Shown: positions 1 to 9,035 of the stretch, in pieces
Numbering within the stretch: position 1 is the first letter of the stretch
How the letters are laid out: every line of letters begins with the position of its first letter
Origin: Gammaproteobacteria bacterium
GTDB taxonomy: Bacteria > Cyanobacteriota > Vampirovibrionia > Vampirovibrionales > JAJTHC01
DNA: 64,000 bases
Direction of reading: 5' to 3'
Assembly (NCBI GenBank): GCA_040375445.1
Contig: JBEISK010000005.1
Location: 3,546 to 67,545, forward strand
Made by a program: the position numbers and the translations under genes
Notes under the pieces: model-generated
Databases searched by the model: none
The model's input: the letters and a program-made list of their open reading frames with translations, nothing else
What the model was told of the DNA's origin: nothing

Positions 1-733
1 TCATGCCCTCGCCAAAGCCTTGAGCCAGCATCACGAGGTGTATGTCGTGGCACCTGAAAAAGAACAATCCGCTCAAGGTCACGCCTTGACTCTGCACCAT
101 CCCCTACGAGCCATTGATTTTACCAAACAATTCAACAAAGAAGGGGCAAACGTCCAACAAGCCCTCGCCATTTCAGGCACGCCCAGCGATTGCGTCAAGC
201 TCGCCATTACCACGCTTTTGAAAGATACTCCTGTCGATGTCGTGATTTCAGGCATGAATCACGGGCCTAACTTGGGGGGCGATGTCGTGTACTCAGGCAC
301 GGTGTCAGCTGCGCTTGAAGCCGCCATGAATGGCGTGCCAGCCATTGCCACCAGTGCCTTAGACGGGTATAATCCGCTATTCGATTATGACGATGCGTGT
401 CGATATTTAGCCAGCGTTTTACCAGACTTGGTGGATTTATTGAAGCATTCGTCTTGCATGGTCTTAAATGTGAACGTGCCAGCGGTGGAAGCCCAGTATT
501 ACGCAGGGCTGAAGCTTTGTAAGTTGGGGCATCGCATGTATAGCGATTTTTACGAAAAGCGTCAAGACCCCCGAGGCATTACGTATTACTGGCTCGCTGG
601 CGAACTGGTGCAGACAGGGGCTCATGCGGAAGAAGATGTGGAAGCCATTCGCAACAATTATGTGACGGTCACGCCCATTCATGCGGATTTAACCGATGAA
701 ACCGTCTATACGCTTTTACAAGGCAAATTGTAA
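1..733 (+). CDS. surE: 5'/3'-nucleotidase SurE (5'-truncated at window edge)
   Basis: VVAPEKEQSAQGHALT, GTPSDCV, SGMNHGPNLGGDVVYSGTVSAALEA motifs; frame open back to window start, N-terminal NDDG motif lies outside the window. Confidence 0.95.
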   Translation, partial: HALAKALSQHHEVYVVAPEKEQSAQGHALTLHHPLRAIDFTKQFNKEGANVQQALAISGTPSDCVKLAITTLLKDTPVDVVISGMNHGPNLGGDVVYSGTVSAALEAAMNGVPAIATSALDGYNPLFDYDDACRYLASVLPDLVDLLKHSSCMVLNVNVPAVEAQYYAGLKLCKLGHRMYSDFYEKRQDPRGITYYWLAGELVQTGAHAEEDVEAIRNNYVTVTPIHADLTDETVYTLLQGKL

Positions 734-734
734 A

Positions 735-2246
735 TTAGCCCACCATGTTGATAATGCTTTTGTAGATCTCATTATAGGTTTGCACAATGCGAGACGACGC
801 TTCAAACATACGCTGATACTTAATCATATCCAAGCCTTCTTCATCCGTATTCACCCCTGAAACGGCTTGACGGTTGGCTTGTAGTTGATTCAACAAGTCT
901 TTTTGACTTTCGTTACGGTCGCTATAACTTTTGGTGTCTGTTCCCAATGCTGACACGAAGTTTTGATGAAACCCTTCAAGCGTATTATTATTCAAGACCG
1001 CAAATATCGTATTCTTAATCGCCGCCATGCTCGCCGCATTCCGAGAATCCCCCACCCCAGCAAAGTTACCTGGTGCGGTGGCGTCGTTATTAGCAAGGGA
1101 AATTTTGTCCATATTATTGTCAAAAGCCGTGTTGACATTCAAGTAAAGCAGTTTAGGGCCTGACACATAAGAGGGGTCTAAGCTGTAAAGATTCGTATAC
1201 GCATCCGCCGTGTGAAGGGTACCTGCCAAATCTCGACCCGTGGCTTGTAAGTTGTTAAATTGAGTAGAAAGCGTTTCCAACATATTCGACAAATCTTCAA
1301 ACGTGGAATACACGTTTTTAATCGACGTATTATTACCAGCGACATCTAAGACCGCTTTCACTTCTCCAGACGCAATGGTATTCGTAATATCCACCGCACC
1401 GTTTACTGTTGTGATGCGAGCAGGGATTCGATCCGCATTAGGCAAGGTACTAGCGGTGAGTGCAAGGGTATCGAGGATTTTACCGCCTCTCAACATATCC
1501 TGCCCCCCGATGCTTAAGCTCACTTGGTAATTGGGCATATCCGTTGTTTTGACATCAATGACTTTAGAAATCTGTTCGAGCAGAAGGTTACGCTTGTCGA
1601 TTAAGTCATTCGGCACCGCATTGGCGGATGTCGAAATCCCGATTTGACGGTTTAAATCGGCAATTAAGGCAATTTTCGTATTGACATCATTCACCCTTAA
1701 ACCCAACTGGCTATTGGGCCAGCTTCCTGCGGTGGAATCGCCCACTAGGTTTTTATGCAAGTCCATCAGTTGTTGCCCTTGTTGCTTAAACACACGAATC
1801 ATGTCCCGACTTTGCTGAATAAAGGCGGTACGAGCAGGCAAGCTCTGCGGATTGTTTCGCATATCTGAAACAGCGTCAAACATGGCTTGCACTCGGTTTG
1901 AAAGCCCTGAAAAGGACGGTTCCCCAATAATGCCTTCGGTTTGTCCTAAAAGCGTTGCCGCAGTCTTGACTTCACCTTGGACGGCTTGTTCTTGCCGATA
2001 TTGCTTGTCTAAAAAGCTGTCTCTCAGTTGTGTAATGCCTGTGACATCGACACCTTGCCCGATGAAAAAACCCGCCCCTGACGTTTTGAGTGGGTAAGCG
2101 GTTGCTAAATCTACCCGCTGGCGAGTGTAGCCTTCCACATTGGCATTTGAAACGTTATGGTTCACCACGTTCAACGCCGTTTGAGCGGCAAGCAAACTTC
2201 TTTGTGCGGTTTGAAATCCGAAGAAACTAGGGCTAATACTCATCAT
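735..2246 (-). CDS. flgK: Flagellar hook-associated protein 1 FlgK
   Basis: N-terminal ALNVVNHNVSNANVEGYTRQRV and C-terminal SGVNTDEEGLDMIKYQRMFEASSRIV axial-protein motifs; start moved to the MMSIS Met. Confidence 0.92.
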   Translation of the reverse strand: MMSISPSFFGFQTAQRSLLAAQTALNVVNHNVSNANVEGYTRQRVDLATAYPLKTSGAGFFIGQGVDVTGITQLRDSFLDKQYRQEQAVQGEVKTAATLLGQTEGIIGEPSFSGLSNRVQAMFDAVSDMRNNPQSLPARTAFIQQSRDMIRVFKQQGQQLMDLHKNLVGDSTAGSWPNSQLGLRVNDVNTKIALIADLNRQIGISTSANAVPNDLIDKRNLLLEQISKVIDVKTTDMPNYQVSLSIGGQDMLRGGKILDTLALTASTLPNADRIPARITTVNGAVDITNTIASGEVKAVLDVAGNNTSIKNVYSTFEDLSNMLETLSTQFNNLQATGRDLAGTLHTADAYTNLYSLDPSYVSGPKLLYLNVNTAFDNNMDKISLANNDATAPGNFAGVGDSRNAASMAAIKNTIFAVLNNNTLEGFHQNFVSALGTDTKSYSDRNESQKDLLNQLQANRQAVSGVNTDEEGLDMIKYQRMFEASSRIVQTYNEIYKSIINMVG

Positions 2247-2297
2247 GGGGGAAACTCTCTTTCTCATCCGTTTGGCGTTCAATCAACGGGTAATTTT

Positions 2298-2867
2298 CTA
2301 TACTTGGCGTTGCATGGTACTGATGCTTTGATTTTTCTTCGTTTTGCCTTGGGCGGTATAAGTGAGTTCTTTTTGCCCACTTTGAATGTGTTGTTTGACC
2401 CATGCCATACCTTGATTCACCCAGTCTAGAGAGGCATGTAATAAGCGTTGCGTTTCTTCTTGCAAGTGAGCGACTTGTGTTAAAGTGACTTTAAGATCGT
2501 TTCTCACTAGGTTGAACGCCTCTTTTTGATCCGTCGGCATTGCCAGTAGAATCATCGTGGCGTGAACAGGTTCAAGGGCAAGTGGCCAGAATTCTTTAAG
2601 CATCTCCATGCGTCCTTCTTCAAGGGCATCGAGCTGTTTACGCAGTTTTTTGAGTACTTTGTCTTGAGCGGGTAAATCCATGACGCTTTGTTTTAACAGA
2701 CTGACTTTCTTTTGCAATAACAGATCTTGCACATTACGGTAAATGTGCAATTGTTGCTGTAAATTGTCAATCATCGTCACCGCTTGATAGGGTGTTAACG
2801 TACTTAGAACAGGGGTGTGTGGTTCAGCATTAAAGGGTGTAGAATGTTGTGTGTTTGGTGAAATCAT
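2298..2867 (-). CDS. flgN: FlgN-like flagellar export chaperone
   Basis: Helical protein immediately upstream of flgK; C-terminal LQEETQRLLHASLDWV...TYTAQG pattern typical of FlgN. Confidence 0.7.
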   Translation of the reverse strand: MISPNTQHSTPFNAEPHTPVLSTLTPYQAVTMIDNLQQQLHIYRNVQDLLLQKKVSLLKQSVMDLPAQDKVLKKLRKQLDALEEGRMEMLKEFWPLALEPVHATMILLAMPTDQKEAFNLVRNDLKVTLTQVAHLQEETQRLLHASLDWVNQGMAWVKQHIQSGQKELTYTAQGKTKKNQSISTMQRQV

Positions 2868-2896
2868 GGGGGTTGGTTCTCTTCGTTTTACAGGCG

Positions 2897-3400
2897 TTAT
2901 ATTTTGATGTCGACAAAAAGGCTTTTTCGTGTGGCATAAGCTCGTTCAATGGCAGATTGATCCACGCCCACAAAACCGGCCTTCTCAGCGATGGATTGAA
3001 TGTCTCCTACAGGGAGACCAAAACGTCCTTGTGGAAGTAGTTGAGCTGGGGAAAGGTTTCTATTTCTAGGGGGCTGTGTAGGTGACTGTGTCTCAATAAA
3101 ATCTACTTGCGATTGGGCTTGATTTTGAAAGCGGTTGTAGTCTTGCTGACGAAGTTCAGGACTTAGAACGGCAGATGTTTGTGGAGGGGGGGGGACTTCA
3201 ACACGTCCACTAGTGGGCATTGCTCGATTAGACGTTTCGGATGAAAGGATTTGTGTTTCTTGCAAGTTTTGAGAAAAAACGTCAGGAGCAGTCGTTTTAG
3301 GGGGGATATTCGTTTGTTGAATGCGTTCTCGAACGGCTTTAAGGCGTTCCATATTCAATTTGGCTTGCGTCCCATTAGACGAAATTTGTGTCATCATCAT
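2897..3400 (-). CDS. Hypothetical protein upstream of flgN-flgK
   Basis: ORF in track (2897..3478); likely start at MMMTQ; low-complexity N-terminal two thirds. Confidence 0.6.
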   Translation of the reverse strand: MMMTQISSNGTQAKLNMERLKAVRERIQQTNIPPKTTAPDVFSQNLQETQILSSETSNRAMPTSGRVEVPPPPQTSAVLSPELRQQDYNRFQNQAQSQVDFIETQSPTQPPRNRNLSPAQLLPQGRFGLPVGDIQSIAEKAGFVGVDQSAIERAYATRKSLFVDIKI

Positions 3401-3535
3401 TCGGTTGTTCTCTCTCTTTAATGTCGGCAGTGGTGTTAGTTGAAGGTATCCTTTAGCAGTATGACGCCTTTCGTACAATGCCTTGATGCACCTTTAGACG
3501 TATTTTTTGTATCCACAGGTTAGATAAAGCTTCCT

Positions 3536-3639
3536 TGTCCCCTCTCCTAATTTTAGGAGAGGGAAGAGAACGTCGCTAGACGTTCGAGGGTGAGGTTAAA
3601 CCTTAGACTCCGTTTGTGGGTTTAACCGCCCCCTAACCC
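3536..3639. repeat. BoxC/REP-like palindromic repeat, family A (partial, inverted relative to 10667 copy)
   Basis: tgtcccctctcctaattttaggagaggg hairpin, then the reverse complement of the 10667-10794 body. Confidence 0.85.
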
Positions 3640-3654
3640 GTCGAAGCTAAAGCT

Positions 3655-3728
3655 TCTCTTGGGAAAGAAAACCGTTGGTTTCCTCTCCCAACCTCTCCTT
3701 CCTAAAGGGGTAGATTCACTTCGTGAAT
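3655..3728. repeat. Repeat module B (second copy 16246-16319)
   Basis: gggaaagaaaaccgttggtttcctctcccaacctctccttcctaaagg..agattcacttcgtgaat nearly identical at both sites. Confidence 0.85.
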
Positions 3729-3830
3729 GAGTTTATCCCACCCCTCTCGCTTTCCCTTTGTTCCTGCCGTCCGCAAAATGTCTCGGAAGCCTCGCATTTA
3801 GTGCGTTGTCGGCAAGTATTTGCTTTGTCC

Positions 3831-3858
3831 GTCATTGCCACGCTACGCTCGCAATGAC
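3831..3858. repeat. GTCATTGC-type palindromic repeat (family D)
   Basis: GTCATTGC-N12-GCAATGAC hairpin; related sequence at 60297-60375. Confidence 0.6.
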
Positions 3859-3894
3859 AAAATTCGTGGTTCGGGACGGGAGGGAGGGGGGGAC

Positions 3895-4020
3895 GGGGGA
3901 TTCTTAAGGGGGGCATACTGGGGGGAGGGAGGACGTAACACGTCCCTCCCCCCGCCGCCCCTTAAGCCGCTTTGGGGGTTTGGGGAGTCTTTGGCGGGAC
4001 AAAGACCCCCAAGCACCAGC
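3895..4020 (+). repeat. GC-rich structured repeat, family C, copy 1
   Basis: Shares taagggggg..ccccttaa stem and gtctttggcgg..caaagac..gcaccagc end with 19305-19530 and 27374-27584. Confidence 0.85.
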
Positions 4021-4066
4021 TATAAAAGGGAACGAAAACCCAAAAACCACTTATTATATAAAAACA

Positions 4067-5914
4067 CTATACACGAGTTGCAATGGCTTCATGAAGCTTT
4101 TCCGCCACCGTGAGTGACACGCCCAAGACACGCTGTAAATCGTCCACGCTGGCGGATTGAATCTTTGCCCATGTGCCAAACGCATTAAGAAGCTTTTGCT
4201 TGCGTTTTTCACCGACACCAGCGACACCATCCAACGGATGCTTTAACGCCTGCTTGCCTCGCAATTGACGGTGGTAGCTAATCGCAAAGCGGTGAGCTTC
4301 GTCTCGAATGCGTTGCACCACTTGCAAAGCAGGAGCCGAATGCGGTATCACCACAGGGTAGTCTTCCCCAGCAATGAAAATCTCTTCAAACCGCTTGGCA
4401 AGCGACACCATGGGAATTCCCTGCCAGCTTTGCTCGTGGGTGGCTCGTAAGGCGGCGTTTAGCTGTCCCTTGCCTCCGTCGATAATCAATAAATCAGGTC
4501 TCGCCCAATCGTCACGGTGCTTGCTACGACGGGTAATCACTTCGTGCATGGAAATAAAGTCATCGGGCTTGCCTTCGGCGGACTGGATTTTAAAACGGCG
4601 GTACTCTTCTTTCGCTGGGACGCCGTCGACAAAAACCGTCATGCTGGCGACGGTTTGACTGCCTTGAAAGTGAGAAATATCGTAGCATTCCATGCGTCGA
4701 GGGAAAATCGGTAAACGCAAGCGTTCTTGTAAATCCAACAAGGCTTTGGTCGGATCGTTCCTCAACTTCGACGCTTCATAGAGTTGAGCTTGTTCCAAAC
4801 CACTTTGGGCGTTGACTTGAGCCAGCTTTAACAGGTCAAACTTGCCCCCCTTCTGCGGATGCACCAAGCTCACCTTCTTTTGATGCACATGGCTCAACCA
4901 GTCTTCGACGACATCGGCATCGTAAATCGGGTATTCGACAATGACTTCATCGGGCAGATCGTCGGCTTCTAAACGCCTGTAATACTGCAATAAAAAGCTA
5001 TTATACACTTCTTCCGCCGATTCCCCAAAACTCAAGGGAATCACAAAGGGTTTGGATGCCACGACCTTGCCGTAGCGAATCACCAAAACCTGCATCGACG
5101 CTTGAAAGGCATCGCTGGCAAGGGCAATGACATCTTGATGCTTGGTCATATCTTCAGAGACAATCACCTGTTTTTGCCCAATGCGTTCGACGGCTTCAAG
5201 GCGTTCAAGCAAGGCTTTCGCTCGTTCGTATTGCATGACATCGCTGGCTTTTTGGATTTCTTGCTTGAGCTTGGCTTCTAAATCGTGCGTTTTGCCTTTC
5301 AAGACCAGCACCGCTTGATTGACAATATCTTGGTAGTCTTTTGGTGAAACCAGCCCTTGACACGGCCCCGCACAAAGCCCAAGCGTGTAATTCATGCACG
5401 GCCGGTCTTTAAACAACGGCGTGGGGCGTTTGCGTAAGGGAAAATGCTTTTGCAACAATTTTAACAAGGCATACAATTCAGATGAATTCGTGTAAGGACC
5501 AAAAAAACGAGTGTTTTTACCCTTGTGATGCGTGGGCTTTTTGGTGGAACGTGCCACAAAAAGACGTGGGTAGTCGTCGTCGCTAATGCCGATCCACGGG
5601 AAGCGTTTGTCGTCCTTGAGCAGGATGTTGTACTTGGGTTGGTGTTGTTTGACGAGGCTGTCTTCTAAAATTAGGGCTTCGACTTCGGTATTGGTGACGA
5701 TGTAATTGAACTGCTTAATCAGCGGAATCATCATTTTGGTTTTGGGGCTATGACCGCCGTTTTTGTTGAAATAGCTTTTTAGACGGTTTTTCAGCACTTT
5801 GGCTTTGCCGATGTACAGCACCTCGCCGTGGGCATCCAACATACGGTACACCCCCGGTTTCGCGGGGATGTTCTTGAGTTCGCGTTTCCAGTCAAAGGGA
5901 GCAGGGATATTCAT
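4067..5914 (-). CDS. uvrC: Excinuclease ABC subunit C
   Basis: GIY-YIG (PGVYRMLD..LYIGKAKVLKNRLKSYF), ECYDISHFQG, LLIIDGGKGQL, QRIRDEAHRFA, C-terminal HhH. Confidence 0.97.
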   Translation of the reverse strand: MNIPAPFDWKRELKNIPAKPGVYRMLDAHGEVLYIGKAKVLKNRLKSYFNKNGGHSPKTKMMIPLIKQFNYIVTNTEVEALILEDSLVKQHQPKYNILLKDDKRFPWIGISDDDYPRLFVARSTKKPTHHKGKNTRFFGPYTNSSELYALLKLLQKHFPLRKRPTPLFKDRPCMNYTLGLCAGPCQGLVSPKDYQDIVNQAVLVLKGKTHDLEAKLKQEIQKASDVMQYERAKALLERLEAVERIGQKQVIVSEDMTKHQDVIALASDAFQASMQVLVIRYGKVVASKPFVIPLSFGESAEEVYNSFLLQYYRRLEADDLPDEVIVEYPIYDADVVEDWLSHVHQKKVSLVHPQKGGKFDLLKLAQVNAQSGLEQAQLYEASKLRNDPTKALLDLQERLRLPIFPRRMECYDISHFQGSQTVASMTVFVDGVPAKEEYRRFKIQSAEGKPDDFISMHEVITRRSKHRDDWARPDLLIIDGGKGQLNAALRATHEQSWQGIPMVSLAKRFEEIFIAGEDYPVVIPHSAPALQVVQRIRDEAHRFAISYHRQLRGKQALKHPLDGVAGVGEKRKQKLLNAFGTWAKIQSASVDDLQRVLGVSLTVAEKLHEAIATRV

Positions 5915-6041
5915 GTCATGACTTTTTTGTAACAATCTTAATGGCATTAGCACTATTGTACGTCCTAAATACGTTTTTGCTCATAAGTCGTATAATTATT
6001 CGTACGTTATCTATTATTTTAGTGTGAAAAAAGGAACTATT

Positions 6042-6839
6042 ATGTCATTAAATCCAACAAGTCTTGTAAATACACCTGCTACTAGCCCTACGGCTTATGT
6101 GCCGTTGAATCAGCGAAAGGACCATAAACTCATAATCGAAGTCCCTGAAGATCCTCAAGACGCCTTGGCTTTGGTGGAAGATCTTTACAATCAGGCATCC
6201 GTTCCCACGGAAGAACAAAAGGCCACGGCTCCTTATAATAAAATCGTTCGGAATGATGGTTCGATTTATCTTAGTCCTAATAGTGATAGTCTTCCAAGAG
6301 GTACTTTTTTTGGCGTTGACGGATCTTTTTGTGAAACTATGAACAATAATGAGTTAAGCACTTCTACAGTGGAAGGACCTTCTTTTTTAATTGATACAAA
6401 CGGTAAAGTACAGGTAATCCCTCGGGAGTACCTATTACCCGGAATTTCAGGGATTCAAGAACAAGCCACGGATCCTAAAATTATTGAAGAAGTGCAAACC
6501 TTAATGTCCCAAGCCAAGCCCCAAGAAGAAATCCCCGAACGTTCCCTTGAAGTGGGTTATGTGAAATTCCCGGGTGGTCATTTAGAAATACTCAAAAAAG
6601 AACTCGATGGAACAGATAAATTATATTCTATATTTACAGATGGTAGTGTGCTTGTTTCTGTCAAGAAGGATAAAAATGTTCTTGGGTTTGGTGACCCTCA
6701 ACAAATTATTAAACCTGGGGAATTGCCTGTTTTAAAAGAAGGCGAAGAACGCCCTGTAGGTCAAGCCCTAAGCGAAGCGACGGCGACGGAAGAAGCCAAA
6801 TCCCCTGCCAATGGTCAAGTTCTCAATTTAGAAGCGTAG
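6042..6839 (+). CDS. Hypothetical protein, S/T/P-rich N-terminus, no signal peptide
   Basis: Long ORF, AAAGGA RBS before MSLNPT, downstream terminator-like hairpin. Confidence 0.75.
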   Translation: MSLNPTSLVNTPATSPTAYVPLNQRKDHKLIIEVPEDPQDALALVEDLYNQASVPTEEQKATAPYNKIVRNDGSIYLSPNSDSLPRGTFFGVDGSFCETMNNNELSTSTVEGPSFLIDTNGKVQVIPREYLLPGISGIQEQATDPKIIEEVQTLMSQAKPQEEIPERSLEVGYVKFPGGHLEILKKELDGTDKLYSIFTDGSVLVSVKKDKNVLGFGDPQQIIKPGELPVLKEGEERPVGQALSEATATEEAKSPANGQVLNLEA

Positions 6840-6863
6840 TCCTTTAAAATCAGTGATTTACAG

Positions 6864-6901
6864 AAAAACCCTAACGTTTTGTAACAAAGCGTTAGGGTTT
6901 T
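6864..6901 (+). terminator. Intrinsic terminator-like hairpin
   Basis: aaaaccctaacg...cgttagggtttt inverted repeat after the 6839 stop. Confidence 0.6.
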
Positions 6902-6966
6902 CTTCATAGGTGCCGAAGGGTATTGTATACCATTTAAACGAGTGAATAGCGTGTTAGGCTATTCTA

Positions 6967-7046
6967 GGAGCCTAGATTTTTTTGTGAGGGCGTGTAGTGA
7001 GACCTACATAACCAAACAAAAAAATCGTAGCGACAACGAAGAGACA
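6967..7046. repeat. Hairpin repeat family E (partial copy at 35069-35096)
   Basis: gg(a/c)gcctagatttttt(t)gtg(a/c)gggcgtgt shared by both sites; here gatttttttgt pairs with acaaaaaaatc. Confidence 0.55.
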
Positions 7047-7162
7047 ACACGACATTTAATCGTTTCATTGGTATTAACGCTAGTGACCCCCTTATCGCTT
7101 AGCGTGTGTGAAATCGTGGTGCATCGTCACCATTAACCTGTAAGAGAGAAGGAAATACTCCT

Positions 7163-7393
7163 ATGTCACTTTTAAAATTGGTTCAAGTCGCAAGCCTTTC
7201 GTTACTACTCACTTTAGGCGTGAATGCCAGCAGTGCTTTTGCAGAAGAGCATCCTGCTTCACATGGTGGGGTGGAAGCCACCGCTTCTAATGAACATCAA
7301 GACAAACATCCTGCTGAACATGGTACGACTCATGGTAGTGAACATGGTGGAGCGAATCACGCTGAACACCCAGATGCTTCAAAAGGCAAGTAA
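7163..7393 (+). CDS. Small secreted His/Glu-rich protein
   Basis: AAGGA RBS; Sec signal ending SSAFA-EE; mature part EHPASHGG..EHGTTHGSEHGG. Confidence 0.8.
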   Translation: MSLLKLVQVASLSLLLTLGVNASSAFAEEHPASHGGVEATASNEHQDKHPAEHGTTHGSEHGGANHAEHPDASKGK

Positions 7394-7406
7394 GTTTATT
7401 ATTCTT

Positions 7407-7438
7407 AAACACCCTGTTTCTTTGGAATAGGGTGTTTT
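7407..7438 (+). terminator. Intrinsic terminator
   Basis: aaacaccctgtttc-ttt-ggaatagggtgtttt. Confidence 0.7.
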
Positions 7439-7516
7439 GCCTTCTTTGATGTTACTCTATTATAATAGGGAGAGGGTTCAAAGAACTCCATTACTATGAA
7501 GATAAAGGATCTAACG

Positions 7517-8035
7517 ATGAAAAATGTTTCCATTACCCAATTTTCTGCGTTTGCTTTAGCCATTACGCTTGCTTGTGCGAGTACTTCTGCCTTTGCCGAA
7601 GGCGGAGGAGGTCAATACCAAGCCCAACGTCAGCAAATGCAACAGCAACGTCAAAGTAATCAAGCCCAATGGCAACAACAACGTGAGTCGAATCAAGCCC
7701 AAATGCAACAGCAAAAAGCCCAGTGGGAACAGCAGAAGCAAGCGGGTCAAGCGCAGCGTCAACAAATGCAAGCCCAGCGTGAATCGATGAAGACTCAAAT
7801 GGAACAGCAACGTGCGGAACGTCAAGCTCAAATGCAAGCCAAACAACAAGAAAGACAAGCCCAACACGCCCAGCGTCAGCAAGACATGCAGGCTCGTCAG
7901 CAACAGTTTGAGCAAAGAAGTCAAGAACGTCAAGCGAAAATGAATGAAATGCAGGCTCAACAAGCCCAACGTCAAACTCAAATGCAAGCTCGTCAACAAC
8001 AGTTCCAACAGCGTCAAACCGCTAGACCTCAATAG
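7517..8035 (+). CDS. Secreted Gln/Arg-rich coiled-coil protein
   Basis: AAAGGA RBS; signal peptide ending TSAFA-EG; mature region almost only Q/R/A/M/E. Confidence 0.8.
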   Translation: MKNVSITQFSAFALAITLACASTSAFAEGGGGQYQAQRQQMQQQRQSNQAQWQQQRESNQAQMQQQKAQWEQQKQAGQAQRQQMQAQRESMKTQMEQQRAERQAQMQAKQQERQAQHAQRQQDMQARQQQFEQRSQERQAKMNEMQAQQAQRQTQMQARQQQFQQRQTARPQ

Positions 8036-8050
8036 TTTCCTTCCGATTCA

Positions 8051-8088
8051 AAACCCTCCTTCTCATCATTGTGGAAGGAGGGCTTTTT
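8051..8088 (+). terminator. Intrinsic terminator
   Basis: ccctccttc..gaaggaggg followed by cttttt. Confidence 0.7.
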
Positions 8089-8119
8089 CATACCTTCTAT
8101 AAACTTTTGTAACGCACCC

Positions 8120-8147
8120 TAAAGCTTTGATGACAATGTACCGATAG
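8120..8147 (+). promoter_or_regulatory. Putative sigma28/SigD-type promoter
   Basis: TAAA-N16-ACCGATAG resembles the TAAA-N15/16-GCCGATA(A/T) consensus. Confidence 0.4.
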
Positions 8148-8233
8148 AAATAATAAGCCCTAACTTAATTTGAATGAGGAGCAGGCTTAAAATTCAAAAA
8201 TTTTGCCAAGAGAGATTATAAGGAATCCCACTC

Positions 8234-9001
8234 ATGAAAGCACTTTTTTCAAAACAAGCTTTGACTTTTGTCCTCGCCATGACTTTTAGTTTGGTCGGAC
8301 TGAATGCTGTTCATGCGATTGTTGTACAAAGTCAAAATGGTAATGTGGCTGATGAACAAGCCATTGCCGCTGAAATGGCACGTCTTGACGCACTTGCCGC
8401 TCAACAAGCAGCGGCTCAAGCGGCAGCGGCTCAAGCGGCCCAACAGGCGGCGGCCCAACAAGCAGCAGCTCAAGCGGCAGCGTACCAAGCGGCCCAACAG
8501 GCGGCGGCCCAACAAGCAGCAGCTCAACAGGCAGCGGCCGCAGCGGCGGCTCAACAAGCAGCTATAAATGCGGCAGCGGCTCAAGCATCTCAACTGGCGG
8601 CTCAACAAGCAGAAATAGCAAGACGAGCAGGTTTAACGCAAGGGCAACGTGATGCTGAAGATGCTGCTATTGCAGCTCAACAAGCGGCGGCTCAAGCGGC
8701 TCAAGCAGCAGCGGCGGCTCAAGCGGCTCAAGCAGCGGCGGCGGCTCAAGCGGCTCAACAAGCGGCTCAACAAGCGGCTCAAGCAGCGGCGGATCAAGCG
8801 GCGGCGGCTCAAGCGGCTCAACAAGCAGCGGCTCAAGCAGCGGCTCAAGCAGCGGCGGATCAAGCGGCTCAACAAGCAGCGGCTACAACGGCTCGCCTTG
8901 CACCATTTACTAAGCCTGAGAAAGTTAGCTTAGATATGGCAGCACAAAGTACGCTTTCACCTCAACGTCAGCTTAAAGCAAGAACTCAAAATTGTACATA
9001 A
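8234..9001 (+). CDS. Secreted Ala/Gln-rich repetitive helical protein
   Basis: AAGGA RBS; signal peptide ending NAVHA; QAAAAQ repeats encoded by caagcggcggct-type microrepeats. Confidence 0.8.
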   Translation: MKALFSKQALTFVLAMTFSLVGLNAVHAIVVQSQNGNVADEQAIAAEMARLDALAAQQAAAQAAAAQAAQQAAAQQAAAQAAAYQAAQQAAAQQAAAQQAAAAAAAQQAAINAAAAQASQLAAQQAEIARRAGLTQGQRDAEDAAIAAQQAAAQAAQAAAAAQAAQAAAAAQAAQQAAQQAAQAAADQAAAAQAAQQAAAQAAAQAAADQAAQQAAATTARLAPFTKPEKVSLDMAAQSTLSPQRQLKARTQNCT

Positions 9002-9035
9002 AATTTAACCTACACGATTTGTCAAGAGAGGGCTT

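Noticed and set aside
3186-3194. Homopolymer runs (G9 here, A9 at 19742, G8 at 23454) as phase-variation sites
   Set aside because: The host ORFs are intact (Pro or Lys codons) or the run is intergenic; no frameshift evidence.
3716-4113. Short ORFs over repeat elements (also 15420-15743, 16153-16395, 19320-19598)
   Set aside because: They are G/P-rich translations of GC-rich palindromes or antisense to real genes, with no RBS or family motifs.
7556-8933. Leu-rich and Arg/Cys-rich alternative-frame ORFs
   Set aside because: Shadow frames of the Gln- and Ala/Gln-rich genes, which have the RBS and signal peptides.
8234-9001. TolA annotation for the Ala-rich protein
   Set aside because: Cleavable-type signal, Gln rather than Lys/Glu repeats, no TolA C-terminal domain, no tolQR nearby.
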